Shown piece after piece: positions 63,400 through 64,000 of a stretch of DNA of 64,000 nt. The position numbers and the translations under genes were made by a program. The notes under the pieces were generated by a model. That model saw only the letters and a list, made by a program, of their open reading frames with translations, ran no database searches and had not been told where the DNA came from. Positions within the stretch are counted from its first letter, which is position 1. Each line of letters begins with the position of its first letter. Origin of the DNA: Eledone cirrhosa (Eukaryota); NCBI GenBank assembly GCA_964016885.1, contig OZ024741.1:166718001-166782000 (forward strand). Direction: 5' to 3'.

Positions 63400-64000
63400 A
63401 CTATAAACAGTGTTTGTTTCCTTATTGTTCCAAAGACTTTACTAATCATACAGTAGAGTACCATTTTAAAGGGGAGTTGTTATGTTATAATAAGAATACT
63501 TCAGATCTTGAAATTCAAATGAGGTTTAAAATAAACGTAGCGTGCGTGTCTCTAAAGATGTCTATTCTCTAGTCGATGACCCAGAGCATAACATTTCTGA
63601 AGGGGTATTGCTACCAGGAATTACTAAAATAGTCAGTGTATTAGACTTAAACCCTGATATAACTGTAAAATATTACGGGTGGTCATTTAACATTTTAAAT
63701 GCCGTCCATTATATTGAGATCGACAAGTAAAGCTCTACCACAAACTACAAAATGTAGTTTGGAAGGAAGGAAATTCTTTACCTGAATCAAAGAACAATTT
63801 TGAAGGATTGGAGTCGGTAGAGGAGAACGCTACAGTCATAGAAGAATTTTCAAAATAGGCAGGAAGGGCTGGATTGTATGTGGTTACGGAAGATAACATT
63901 ATACAATTGAATATTGATAGGTAGAGAGAAAAGGGGGATTTTTTACCGAAGAATTAGTAGATTTGACAGACAACATGGCTACAAAAAAAGTGGAGAAGGA
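63400..64000 (+). mobile_element. Highly decayed pogo/Tigger-like transposase C-terminal remnant (runs off the window)
   Basis: LVDDPEH..VLLP (like LLDNAPGH..VFLPP), YYGWSFNILNAV, NNFEGLESVEE..IEE..AGRAG..V.ED. Confidence 0.45.

Overview
AT-rich, repeat-dense eukaryotic DNA. The SINE family, microsatellite load and LINE spectrum suggest a cephalopod (octopus-like) genome; this is an inference. The main result is a four-exon gene that the ORF track misses. It lies on the + strand with CDS 12783-12964, 17359-17459, 19548-19624 and 23607-23699, and encodes a 150-aa Rdx-family (MIEN1/Rdx12/SelW2-like) selenoprotein. An in-frame TGA at 17366-17368 completes a C-D-T-U (CxxU) redox motif, and the protein ends in a CaaX box (CIAL*). 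A canonical SECIS element sits at 27753-27818, about 4 kb past the stop and beyond a 3.1-kb 37-bp minisatellite. The rest of the window is transposon debris: RTE, R4/Dong-like, CR1-like, CRE-like and RNase H-bearing LINE fragments, Helitrons (one with Rep/Pif1 remnants, some nested), hAT, mariner and Tigger remnants, many tRNA-type SINEs and Penelope-like elements. About ten type I hammerhead ribozyme motifs occur, several with intact cores. Most listed ORFs are microsatellite or transposon artefacts. All RNA structures were paired by eye, and no searches were run.
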